A stretch of 64,000 nucleotides of DNA from an uncultured bacterium (GTDB lineage: Bacteria; Fidelibacterota; UBA2242): assembly GCA_964576275.1 (NCBI GenBank), contig CAZNUN010000008.1:32441-96440 (forward strand), read 5' to 3'. Each line of letters opens with the position of its first letter. Position 1 is the first letter of the stretch. The notes below the pieces were generated by a model. It was not told the DNA's origin and searched no databases. It worked only from the letters and a program-made list of their open reading frames with translations. The position numbers and the translations under genes are program-made. Of this stretch, positions 17,323 through 26,681 are shown piece by piece.

Positions 17323-17356
17323 CAAAAAGTCCCGATCAATCGGGACTTTTGTTTAA
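17323..17356 (+). terminator. Rho-independent terminator of the tetR-MMPL operon
   Basis: 'aaaaagtcccgat-caa-tcgggacttttgttt'. Coordinates +/-2. Confidence 0.8.
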
Positions 17357-17379
17357 TTCAGCTGGTATTTACTGTCAGT

Positions 17380-17514
17380 TTATGCTTTGACAGTGTCGAC
17401 GACGACCGTGGTATCAACCGGAGCCGGTGTCTCTTCCACTTTGGCTTTTTTCTGGCAATTAACTACCAGTAGAGCCAAACTGGCAACCATCAGGATGGCC
17501 ATTAGTTTTTTCAT
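17380..17514 (-). CDS. Unannotated small lipoprotein (44 aa), below the ORF-track length cutoff
   Basis: The reverse strand reads 'ggagaaagaaATG' then MKKLMAILMVASLALLVVNCQKKAKVEETPAPVDTTVVVDTVKA*. Good SD, signal peptide with lipobox L-V-V-N-C. Coordinates +/-2. Confidence 0.35.
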   Translation of the reverse strand: MKKLMAILMVASLALLVVNCQKKAKVEETPAPVDTTVVVDTVKA

Positions 17515-17711
17515 TTCTTTCTCCTAAAATATCATTTTGCAAAAACCCCGTCTACCCAGACGAAATTCGGCATTAAAATTATAAAGGATTTTTTTGATAA
17601 TGAAAGGAAAATATTTTACAAGCATTGAAATATCGTATTACTCGTTATATTATTTGTATTAAAATACTCATATTTTTTTTATATAAATGAATAGAATTGA
17701 TGAAAATCTGG

Positions 17712-18584
17712 TTACTGAAGGCTGTCAGTAGTTTGTGATACTGTATCTAAGAACGGGTGCGACTGAAAAATCAGCGCATTTGTTGAATCTTCTTTGATTT
17801 CCTGCAGGAACTTGTTGAAACCGGCGGTATCGGTGATTTCTATCTGCATGACGGCGCTATCGCCGGACAGGTGCGAGTAACTGGTTGAGTCGAGGTGGCC
17901 GGTTTTAAAAAGCCAGGTCAGGAGTCTTTTCTGGCGGCGTTCAGTAAACTTGGAACCGTCGAGAGGAGAATGCCGTCGCGGGCTGGGTAATATTGCGATT
18001 AAACGGCTAGCTTCGCCAATACTCAGATTCGCTGCTGATTTACTGAAATAATGTTGCGAGGCGGCTTCCACCCCGTAAATTCCGCGTCCGAATTCGATCA
18101 CGTTAAGATATATCTCAAGGATACGCCGTTTGGAAAGACGGCGATCCATCTTGAATGCAATGATCAGCTCTCTGACTTTGCGTGGTATGGATTTTTTAGT
18201 TGTGAGATAGAGGTTTTTCGCCAGTTGCTGGGTAATTGTCGAACCGCCGATTGCGTATCTCTGGCGCTGTCTGTTTTTCTCCAGTGCGAATTTTATAGCT
18301 TCGACGTCAAAACCATTGTGCTCATAAAAACGGGCATCCTCGGCCAGGATCACGGCGTGGATGATATTCGGTGAAATTTTACTGATTGGCATCCACTGCC
18401 ACTTGATACTGACATTCTTATTGGCTTTCTGATATTCGGCGGTGCGCTGCCGGATCAGGGCGGTGGTCGTCGGATTTTTTCGGATAAATTCCGAGCCGTC
18501 CGGCGCCGCGATATACATACCGAAGAAAATCACCAACGGAGTTAAAATGATGAACAAGAGAATTTTTAGAATCAGCTTGAACAT
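17712..18584 (-). CDS. mtgA: Monofunctional peptidoglycan glycosyltransferase (GT51), with a ~80-aa C-terminal extension
   Basis: 'VILAEDARFYEHNGFD' (EDxxFxxHxG), 'AIGGSTITQQLAKNLYL' and 'RKVRELIIAFKMDRRLSKRRILEIYLNVIEFG'. N-terminal TM anchor. Confidence 0.75.
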   Translation of the reverse strand: MFKLILKILLFIILTPLVIFFGMYIAAPDGSEFIRKNPTTTALIRQRTAEYQKANKNVSIKWQWMPISKISPNIIHAVILAEDARFYEHNGFDVEAIKFALEKNRQRQRYAIGGSTITQQLAKNLYLTTKKSIPRKVRELIIAFKMDRRLSKRRILEIYLNVIEFGRGIYGVEAASQHYFSKSAANLSIGEASRLIAILPSPRRHSPLDGSKFTERRQKRLLTWLFKTGHLDSTSYSHLSGDSAVMQIEITDTAGFNKFLQEIKEDSTNALIFQSHPFLDTVSQTTDSLQ

Positions 18585-18862
18585 AAAATCTATCTGAGTT
18601 TAATTAACAATATGGGAAATATTAAAGTAAATTTTATTAACAATAGAAGGCAATTAGAAATATTGAAGATTTTACATGTACTTCTGATATGCCTTAATTT
18701 TAAACATGAAGTTTTAAAATGATTTATCCGATGTATATTGGAAAGGACTCAATTATAGCGAAACCAAAATCAAAAATATTTAGATATTTAAGAAAACTTC
18801 CCAGACCTATAAATTTTCATGTAATTATTAGCCTCATAAGTTAGTTGCTGTTAATATTTCGA

Positions 18863-19654
18863 TTATATAAGCCAACTATAATATTTTTTACCACGCCAAT
18901 TTTGAATTGTAATAGATATTCCTTCTTTATCCTTTATGTAATTCCCTTTAAAGTCTCTCAAAATATCCTCAATATTTTTAAAGTCATCTTCAGAATTGTA
19001 ATAAAAATATCGGGCAGGCATATCCCAATAATGACCTTGAGGTTCTTTTGGATATGGTATCTCTCCATATTGAGGGAATTCAAATTCATCAATATTTAGT
19101 ACTTGCTTTAAAGTATCCAAAAATATACTTGCCAATGACGAATCTCTAAAAGTACTCCCAAACAGATAAACGAATGAATTTTGAGGATAACGCCAGAATA
19201 AAGATATGATAGGTTTTGTACTATTAGTAGAATCGTCAGATACCGATATTGATGAATCTGTCACATAGATACTATAGTTATCAATAAAATTATCTCCAAT
19301 CAGTTTTAATGAGTAGGTTTTATCAGACAATGGCAAATGAATTCTTGACCCGGCCGGACCCAAAGCAGTCAAACAAACATTTGGTATAATTATCCCCAAA
19401 ATATCTATTTCTATTTTATTATTTGTAATTTCACAATCCGTGTAAATACAATAATTACAACAACCGTATATTTTTTCTGTTTCTAAAAATAAATATATTT
19501 CGGGATCGCTTTCTAAATCTGATTGTTCATAATCTTCAGATACTTTAAATAATATTCTTCCTTCAATAGGTAATAAATCACTGTTATCGTCAAAAAAGCC
19601 ACAGTTGATTAATCCTAAAAAGGTTATAAGGAGAAAGATTGTTCTGTAGTTCAT
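18863..19654 (-). CDS. Hypothetical lipoprotein in an AT-rich islet
   Basis: Signal peptide with 'LINCGFF'. N/I/Y/K-rich composition, unlike the rest of the window. No recognisable family. Confidence 0.4.
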   Translation of the reverse strand: MNYRTIFLLITFLGLINCGFFDDNSDLLPIEGRILFKVSEDYEQSDLESDPEIYLFLETEKIYGCCNYCIYTDCEITNNKIEIDILGIIIPNVCLTALGPAGSRIHLPLSDKTYSLKLIGDNFIDNYSIYVTDSSISVSDDSTNSTKPIISLFWRYPQNSFVYLFGSTFRDSSLASIFLDTLKQVLNIDEFEFPQYGEIPYPKEPQGHYWDMPARYFYYNSEDDFKNIEDILRDFKGNYIKDKEGISITIQNWRGKKYYSWLI

Positions 19655-19699
19655 ATCTCTAATCTCTTGTTATCTAACTTAAATATTATGACGAAATTT

Positions 19700-22162
19700 T
19701 TACCTCGCCAACACCATCTTTTTTACCTGAACATAATCGCCGGCAGTTAATTTGTAGAAGTAAATCCCGCTGGCGACGTTGTTGCCATGCGAGTCTCGGC
19801 CGTTCCAGATCAGGTGATAACGACCGGTTGGCTGGTGATTGTCCGCGAGAGTCGCAATTTTTTGTCCGAGTAGATTGTAAATCTCGAGCCTGACGTGGGA
19901 ATTCTGTGGCAATTCAAACTCAATGGTCGTCAGCGGATTGAAGGGATTGGGAAAATTCTGTCTGACTTGAAAAGTTTTAGGTTTTTGAGAATCATCAGGT
20001 TTCTCGATGATCTGAAATTCGCCATGATAGAGATTATCCGGTGAATTTTCCATAAAAAACGGCTGACTGGCCTTCATGTCCATTATCCCATCATACCATT
20101 GCGGCAGAGTCGGCGGCGTTTCACATGCTAACATCTCACGCCAGGCTTCGTCGGTCAGACGATTGGCGATTGGCTGAATGAATTCATAATATGAGAAGAT
20201 CGCCCCGCGCGTTAGGCGAAGCGTACCGCCTTCATTGATGATGACATTGATTTCCAGAGGATAACCGACGCCTTCCTCCAGACACTGATCCGAATTGGAG
20301 TCGGTATGCACATCGGCGACGACCGCCATGTCATCGCTGTCATAGTGCCAGGGATCCTCACCTTCGGAGACCAATTTTTGCATGACTTTGCCAAAGCAAT
20401 AAATGTTGGAGTATTCCTCATCTGTAAGTGGTGTATTCTCCAGTTCCTTGATCGAAACATCCCGTAAGAAAAGCAGGAGAGATTCAAAAAGCACAAGTTT
20501 ATCTTGAAATTTTTCAGTTAATATGTCCCTTGTAAGCAGTCCGTCCATTGTATAGCGCGTCAGGCTTGCCAGCCGGGCGTAAAGATGCGGATTAGGTTCC
20601 ACGTAACTTTTCGGCGGTCCGGGAGTGATACAGCAGGGCGTCATGCTTTGCTTGGCGTAGAGAATCGTATCGTGCCGTAATTCCGCCCAGGAAGCCAGAG
20701 CTGTCAGGAGTTCTTTGTCCATCCAGGCGATAGTCTGCATGAAAAACGGGTAGCCTTCGCCTTTTTCATATAGTAATGGCATCAGGCAATAGAGCCAGTT
20801 CCAGTATAAATTTTGTGCCCATTCGGCAGGTGAAATAGACGCGAATTCGGTCTTGAATTCGGTAATTTTTTCAGGATAATTCGGACAGGCTGTCTCGTTA
20901 TAAAGCGAATCCAGCAAATCGTAAGCCCGATCCGAGCCGAGAATCGTCATTATATCCAATCCTTTGGGGAAAAGACGCTGACCGACTTCAGGGTCGATAA
21001 GATGCGCGAACATATATGAATCGGGAATGAAACGCTGACCCATCAGCCTGAATCCTTTGTAGGTAGTAAAAGAGCCGTAAATCCAGTTCGGTATTTTCGA
21101 TTCCGGCAATTTTTGAGCTTCCGTCATAAAGGCGTCAAGCAAAGCCGAATTGGCAAGGCTATCGGCGGTAAGCGATAGAAAATTGGTACCGTAAATCTGT
21201 TCGGCGATAGATTTATAATCTGTAATATTGGGATCATCGGTTTTGCCGACGAAAAAGACAGTGGGTTCATAGATCATTTTCCATAAATCCAACAGAGAAG
21301 TCCCATCTGCTTCCAGATTATAGAGCATTTGAGTAAGCAACAGCGCCTGGAGGGTGTGTCTCCTCGCCAAGTCACCGAAATTTTCCGGCTCCATGGTGAA
21401 AATCGTCCAGCCTTGCCACATCATGGCTTTGAAGTAAGCCGTCAGCGTGTCATTCGTGGTGTAATGTCCGCGCGGGATGAATTGACAATAATCCAGTAAA
21501 TTGAATGGACCTAAGATGGGCGGAGTGTTAAATCCGTCATGATTGGCGATTAAAGTCAATTCCGAATCCACAAGCGCCGCAACCGGTTCTGGAACGATAA
21601 AATCATTGCCTTTCAATAATTTCTGCGATACGCACAGAAATGCTAGATTGCGCCGTAACGTCTCTTTAATTTCCGGTTCGGTTGCTGTATCATATTGCGG
21701 TTGGGTGGCGTCAATCAAAGTCTGGATTAAAAGTTCCAGAGCCGGTACGAATTTTTGAATTTCGATTTCGGCCAGAATCTTATCATAAAGAACATGATAA
21801 ATGTGCAGAACCGCGTCGGTAGTTACAAAAAGCGGCGTGCCTTCCCAGGTGCAGTCGTTGTAAATATCATATAACTGCTTGAACTGACTTCTCCGGACCG
21901 TGAAGTGGTTTTGAAGTAATAGCGCTGAGTCCACCGCACTGAATCCATAGAAGTAAGAAAAATTTTCAACGTTACTGAAATCGGGTTCGACGGTAAAAAG
22001 CGGTACGTTGGGAGTAAAATCGGCAGGATATGGCTGGTAAGTTCCAAAGTCGGTTTGAACATCTTCGGAAATGTTGGCAATCATCTGGAACTGAGCCTGC
22101 AACCCGGAAAAACAAAGAGCGAAGCATAGAACGAGTTTGAAAAATTCGTTAAAACGCTTCAT
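19700..22162 (-). CDS. Large secreted protein with a C-terminal T9SS sorting domain (CTD/Por_Secre_tail); last gene of the long minus-strand array
   Basis: The C-terminus 'FPNPFNPLTTIEFELPQNSHVRLEIYNLLGQKIATL...SGIYFYKLTAGDYVQVKKMVLAR' is a canonical T9SS CTD. The track ORF starts at 22201; the start was trimmed to ATG 22162 (MKRFNEF), with 'AAGGAGG' 7 nt upstream. Signal peptide follows. The ~700-aa body has no family I can name. Confidence 0.6.
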   Translation of the reverse strand: MKRFNEFFKLVLCFALCFSGLQAQFQMIANISEDVQTDFGTYQPYPADFTPNVPLFTVEPDFSNVENFSYFYGFSAVDSALLLQNHFTVRRSQFKQLYDIYNDCTWEGTPLFVTTDAVLHIYHVLYDKILAEIEIQKFVPALELLIQTLIDATQPQYDTATEPEIKETLRRNLAFLCVSQKLLKGNDFIVPEPVAALVDSELTLIANHDGFNTPPILGPFNLLDYCQFIPRGHYTTNDTLTAYFKAMMWQGWTIFTMEPENFGDLARRHTLQALLLTQMLYNLEADGTSLLDLWKMIYEPTVFFVGKTDDPNITDYKSIAEQIYGTNFLSLTADSLANSALLDAFMTEAQKLPESKIPNWIYGSFTTYKGFRLMGQRFIPDSYMFAHLIDPEVGQRLFPKGLDIMTILGSDRAYDLLDSLYNETACPNYPEKITEFKTEFASISPAEWAQNLYWNWLYCLMPLLYEKGEGYPFFMQTIAWMDKELLTALASWAELRHDTILYAKQSMTPCCITPGPPKSYVEPNPHLYARLASLTRYTMDGLLTRDILTEKFQDKLVLFESLLLFLRDVSIKELENTPLTDEEYSNIYCFGKVMQKLVSEGEDPWHYDSDDMAVVADVHTDSNSDQCLEEGVGYPLEINVIINEGGTLRLTRGAIFSYYEFIQPIANRLTDEAWREMLACETPPTLPQWYDGIMDMKASQPFFMENSPDNLYHGEFQIIEKPDDSQKPKTFQVRQNFPNPFNPLTTIEFELPQNSHVRLEIYNLLGQKIATLADNHQPTGRYHLIWNGRDSHGNNVASGIYFYKLTAGDYVQVKKMVLAR

Positions 22163-22219
22163 TTTTCGCCTCCTTTTTGTCCAATTAAAATTTATAGGCA
22201 AATTTATTAATAATCAACA

Positions 22220-24007
22220 TTACCAATTCATCTCGAAACCCAGCGTCCAGCCGTTGGTATTCATGATATCACCATTCGATCGGATGAACAATTTGGCGCC
22301 GGACGGATGTTCGTAAATCATGCCGAAGCGAACGGTGTTCGTGCGGGTAAAAGTTTTCGGCGGATTAGAATCGTATTTTTCGTAGCGATTGGTTTCCGGG
22401 TCATCAACGGTTAAAACCCCATTTACCCAATAACGATCGACAATGTTGGGATAGAGCAGATCGCCATGACTGTTATCCTCGACCAGACTGAGACTTATAT
22501 CGGTGCCGAGTAAGGCAAAGAAGCCCTTAGCCAGATGAGCTTTTACGCCGATTGGCACCATGAGATTCCAGGCATTGGTTTCAGTTGAATAGGAATATTG
22601 TTTAGTGTATGTGTCGAGGTATCGGTATGTCCCGGCGCTGTAAAGTGAATATTCCGTGAACGAATTGGAGTAATAATCCGAACTTTCCTCGAAATCGGCC
22701 TGCGACCATTGCCGGGAAATCTGTAATCCTCCGAACAGCGTCCAGTCATTTTCCAGCGCGTAGATCAATGAAGTCAGAAATTTCCACTGGCTGATCGTCT
22801 CGTCACCGGAACCTTCCAGGTTGAATTCAGCGGCGCTGTTTTCGGTGCAACGCCGGAATTCGTAGGTATTAGTGGCAATCCAGTAGTCATAAGTCCGGTC
22901 GCTGAAAGTGGTATCGTCAGTAGCGTATCGGGTGGTGATATCCTGATTTTTACTCGAAAAAGAAAAGAAGGAGCGCAAAATGAGATTTGAATTCATTTTT
23001 TTCTCGAATGTCAGCGTCAGGTATGGCTTCACTCCGGAAGTTTTATACATGTAATTGCTGTTCATAGTGTGTTCGCTGATGTTGTAGTAAGCCGTATTGG
23101 TCGCCGTTTCCGAGAACGAATCCGAAGTGTCCTGTGAAATTTCGGATTCCTTGCCGGAACCGAAAAACACTCCGGCGAAGAAACCGTAAGTCGTTTTATC
23201 GTCGGGATGGTTTAGAATCCCGGCGCCCAGGTCAAAATGCCGGCCGTTGATTTTCATATCTTCGTCGTTCAGAATTCCATAAGACGAATGTGGATAGGTC
23301 GCCCATTGCGAATTGTACAGATAGCCGTCGCGGTGAAAAATATAATGGCCGATGTGGAAACCGAGGTCGGTTTTTTCAGACAACCGGTAGCCGAGAGTGA
23401 ATTCGGATTGATTGGCGAGGACGATCTGTTGGTTTTCCTCCGTTTCGAGACGTTGCGGTTCAAGTTCAGCATAAGAGGCGTAGGAATTGGTAGCGATTGC
23501 ATCTTCCATCCAGCCACCGCTTCTCCACCAGGTTGAATTCCGGTAAGGACCATAGTCGAAGACTGAACGGTTGACAATCCCCAGACCCATGCGTTTATTC
23601 AATGGCAGAATCAGAGCCAGATTGTAAAGCGGCGCGATATTGATGTCCTGAACGCTGGTCTGACTGTACCACGATGGCGAAAGATAATAACTGTCTGTCA
23701 GAATCCCGGACGACAGCGGATTGAGCGAGGACGTGACACTGCTTTCCAGATTGAAGTCAATGTAAACAGTCTTCTGTTTTTCGCGCAGTATATAGGCCGG
23801 ATTCCAGTTCAGATCGCTGAACTTGTCCGGAACCATGCCACTGACTTCCGGCGCGAAAATCGCCATCTGCATAGTGCGGAATCCGATCGGTTCCATCAGA
23901 TAAGGAACTGAAGGTTGGCGCGTGACCGGATCGGGAACTGTTGCCAAAGCAATTCCGGTTAGCAGAATCAGAATAATCATCAAATCATATATTTTTTCAT
24001 TTTTCAT
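22220..24007 (-). CDS. Hypothetical outer-membrane beta-barrel-like protein
   Basis: Start trimmed to ATG 24007 (MKNEKIYDL), with 'AAAGGAG' 6 nt upstream. Signal/anchor peptide. Long run of alternating strands. C-terminus 'GWTLGFEMNW'. Confidence 0.4.
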   Translation of the reverse strand: MKNEKIYDLMIILILLTGIALATVPDPVTRQPSVPYLMEPIGFRTMQMAIFAPEVSGMVPDKFSDLNWNPAYILREKQKTVYIDFNLESSVTSSLNPLSSGILTDSYYLSPSWYSQTSVQDINIAPLYNLALILPLNKRMGLGIVNRSVFDYGPYRNSTWWRSGGWMEDAIATNSYASYAELEPQRLETEENQQIVLANQSEFTLGYRLSEKTDLGFHIGHYIFHRDGYLYNSQWATYPHSSYGILNDEDMKINGRHFDLGAGILNHPDDKTTYGFFAGVFFGSGKESEISQDTSDSFSETATNTAYYNISEHTMNSNYMYKTSGVKPYLTLTFEKKMNSNLILRSFFSFSSKNQDITTRYATDDTTFSDRTYDYWIATNTYEFRRCTENSAAEFNLEGSGDETISQWKFLTSLIYALENDWTLFGGLQISRQWSQADFEESSDYYSNSFTEYSLYSAGTYRYLDTYTKQYSYSTETNAWNLMVPIGVKAHLAKGFFALLGTDISLSLVEDNSHGDLLYPNIVDRYWVNGVLTVDDPETNRYEKYDSNPPKTFTRTNTVRFGMIYEHPSGAKLFIRSNGDIMNTNGWTLGFEMNW

Positions 24008-24017
24008 ATTTGCTCCT

Positions 24018-25274
24018 TTATGCAACTGGATTCATGATTTTTCCGATGAACAGGATCGTGCCGGAAGCCCGCTCGCGGATCGCCAAAATAAAGGGACGAT
24101 CAACGCGCATTACCGTAATATCTTCCGTGTCAGCCGAGACCGATTTGTATGTAACCTCGACGGATGCCGCCGCGGCGGCTTCGGTGCCTTCTTCGTCAAC
24201 TTCAATAAACGATTTATGTCTGACTTCGCTGATATACAATTCATCGCCATCTTGATTGATACGGCTGAAATCAGCCTGATCGTTAAATGCGATTCCCATA
24301 CCGAGTTCTGTCAGCGGATCATTTAGCACCCGGAACCACTCGAGTTTGAATCTCGGCAAATAAAGACTGACGTTTGTCGTGGATAAGTCTGCGCTCAGAT
24401 TATTCCATTTTTCATCGGTCAAGCCGCTTATCAACGAGTCTAAATCGTCGCTGGATCCCGGCAGGAGTACCGTCATGGCAAAAAATCCATCGTTATACGG
24501 CAGGTCGATTATCTGAAGTTCGTCAGTCTCAGCATAGTCGAAGTCACTACGGAGCGACATCATCTGGCAGTTCACTGTTTCGTCATTATTAAGATAAAAC
24601 GGAGCCTCCTTTGTGTGTTCTTCATTGAACTGATAGGTCCAGGTGCCCTTGAAATAAATGGCGTTGAGCAGAAACATAACCGTGTTGGGATTGATCGGTT
24701 TCCCAATGAGTTGTTTAATGAGTCCTTCGGTTTGTTCTGATATCCAGGCATTCATTGTATCAACGGCGGCGTCCTGATTGAAATCAAGTCCCCGAACAAC
24801 TGCATCGAAATACGTCTGGTTCGTTGCGATAAATGCCGGCAAGACCGAGAATTCGTTCCGGTACCAAATCGAGTTTGCGATCCGGAATTTGACTTGCGCA
24901 TCAAGCGACCTCAGTAAATTGATCAGGCTTTGATATGATTGGTTGATTTCATCTTCGATAAGATTTTCGAAACGAAGCGTTGAATGTATTGCCTCAAGAG
25001 TAGTGCCCGCCGCGCCGTTCGCGGTCATTCCTAAAGCCATCGAAACCGAAACTGGTGATATAAACAGATTGCTATCGCCGACCTCTTCCGATAATACTTT
25101 GAACAGATCGAATCCGAATGAGTTACTCGATTCGATCAGAGACTGTTCGGATTTGCTAAGGTTTCTTGGTAATTGTGGAATACCATCGGAGATCGGCCCC
25201 GTGACGTCCGAACAGCTTGTTATCAATGTCATTAATATGAATGACAGGTATATATTTCGTGAGGATTTTTCCAT
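24018..25274 (-). CDS. Serpin (serine-protease inhibitor) lipoprotein, paralog 1
   Basis: Hinge and shutter motifs: 'FIEVDEEGTEAAAAASVEV...MRVDRPFILAIRERASGTILFIGKIMNPVA'. Lipobox 'LITSC'. The track start is a TTG; the start was trimmed to ATG 25274 (MEKSS), with 'AAGGAG' 6 nt upstream. Confidence 0.8.
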   Translation of the reverse strand: MEKSSRNIYLSFILMTLITSCSDVTGPISDGIPQLPRNLSKSEQSLIESSNSFGFDLFKVLSEEVGDSNLFISPVSVSMALGMTANGAAGTTLEAIHSTLRFENLIEDEINQSYQSLINLLRSLDAQVKFRIANSIWYRNEFSVLPAFIATNQTYFDAVVRGLDFNQDAAVDTMNAWISEQTEGLIKQLIGKPINPNTVMFLLNAIYFKGTWTYQFNEEHTKEAPFYLNNDETVNCQMMSLRSDFDYAETDELQIIDLPYNDGFFAMTVLLPGSSDDLDSLISGLTDEKWNNLSADLSTTNVSLYLPRFKLEWFRVLNDPLTELGMGIAFNDQADFSRINQDGDELYISEVRHKSFIEVDEEGTEAAAAASVEVTYKSVSADTEDITVMRVDRPFILAIRERASGTILFIGKIMNPVA

Positions 25275-25287
25275 CTTTTTCTCCTTT

Positions 25288-26529
25288 TTACTCAGCAACT
25301 GGATTCATGATTTTTCCGATGAACAGGATCGTGCCGGTATTTTTCTCACGTAGAAAAAAGATAAACGGCCGATCGACAATAAAGTAAACTTCCTCTGTAC
25401 CAATGGATGTTATTTCAAAAGATATAGACGTTACGGCGGCGGCCTCAGTACCTTCTTCATTGACATCCACGAAAGTCTTATGTTTTATGTTACTGATAAA
25501 TAGATCGTAATCCGGATTGATTTTATCGAAATTCGCTTCGGATGGTGAAAAGGCTTTTTGCATACCCAGCGCTTTTAATGTTGGGATCAAACCGATATTA
25601 TATTCGACTTTAAATTTCGGTAAGAAAATATTGACTTCGGTTTCGGTCAGACCGTTTATCCAATCCATCCAATTGCCAGCAGTCATTGCTGCCGCAACAG
25701 AATCGACATCCACTCCGGAGTTTGGTAGAATGACAGTCATACTGAAGCCGATTTCACAGTAAGTCAGGTCGGCGATCTGGATCTGGTCATTCGCAAAATA
25801 ACCATGAGTGGCTTTATGCCTCATCATTTCACAATTTGTCTGACTGCCGTCTTTCCGGTAGAATGACGTTTCCTGGGTGTTTTCATCATCGAACTCATAC
25901 GTCCAGGTGCCTTTGAAGTAAATGGCATTGATCAGGAACATGACAGTATAAGGATCAATCGGCGGATCGACGATCGTTGGGATTTTCTCATGAGTTTTTT
26001 CGTTTACCCAGGCATTGATTACGTCAGCCGCGTCACTGCGATTGAAGTCCAACTCCTGAACCTCAGCGTCGAAATAAGTGGTATTGATTACTAAGAAATC
26101 ATTCAATACCGAAAATCCGCTGCGATACCAGATAGAGTTGGCGATCTCGAAAGTGACATCCGGGTCGGCGGTCGCAAGCAGATCAATCAGACTCTGATAG
26201 GACTGATTGATTTCCTCGGCAGTCAGATCGCCATATTCCAGCATGGAGTGCATTTCACTGCGGGTCTCGCCGTCCGCGCCGTTATAAGCCATACCGAGTG
26301 CCATCGAAACACTCAGTGGCGAAATGAAGATATTTTTATCGGTCTCGGAGGAAACGATTTGCCGGAATAACTTCAGACCGAAATTATTATCGGCTTCCGT
26401 CACCTTCTTTTCTATGGCGCTCAGCTCGCGGATCGGCTCTGGTTTATCACCGCCGGTGATTTTCTCAGGACAGCGGCTCAAAAAAAGAAGTGGAAGCACT
26501 GTCAGAACAATAATTTTTCTGTTTGTCAT
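25288..26529 (-). CDS. Serpin (serine-protease inhibitor), paralog 2
   Basis: 'FVDVNEEGTEAAAVTSISFEI...FIVDRPFIFFLREKNTGTILFIGKIMNPVAE'. Same C-terminus as paralog 1. Start trimmed to ATG 26529 (MTNRKIIVLTVLPLLFLSRC), with 'GAGG' 5 nt upstream. Confidence 0.8.
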   Translation of the reverse strand: MTNRKIIVLTVLPLLFLSRCPEKITGGDKPEPIRELSAIEKKVTEADNNFGLKLFRQIVSSETDKNIFISPLSVSMALGMAYNGADGETRSEMHSMLEYGDLTAEEINQSYQSLIDLLATADPDVTFEIANSIWYRSGFSVLNDFLVINTTYFDAEVQELDFNRSDAADVINAWVNEKTHEKIPTIVDPPIDPYTVMFLINAIYFKGTWTYEFDDENTQETSFYRKDGSQTNCEMMRHKATHGYFANDQIQIADLTYCEIGFSMTVILPNSGVDVDSVAAAMTAGNWMDWINGLTETEVNIFLPKFKVEYNIGLIPTLKALGMQKAFSPSEANFDKINPDYDLFISNIKHKTFVDVNEEGTEAAAVTSISFEITSIGTEEVYFIVDRPFIFFLREKNTGTILFIGKIMNPVAE

Positions 26530-26681
26530 AGAAACCTCATCATTTATTTCCGCAATACTTAAAAACGACAATTCATCTATGACAAATAGCATTCCAAAAT
26601 CTTCCGACGGAGAAAACCTGTCCGGGATAGACAAACTCTCAGATTTCTGAGACTAACGCCGAAAAATTGAGAGAAGCTGAA

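Noticed and set aside
24010-24326. Plus-strand ORFs 23922-24326 and 24010-24255 at the junction of the barrel and serpin genes
   Set aside because: They overlap the well-supported minus-strand serpin 1 and barrel genes, including their SD/start region. No independent support.
26530-26681. Possible sigma54 promoter 'TGGAAT-N5-TTTGT' upstream of serpin 2
   Set aside because: It matches only the GG of -24 and lacks the GC of -12, so it is too weak to call. Left as an open question under the operon finding.
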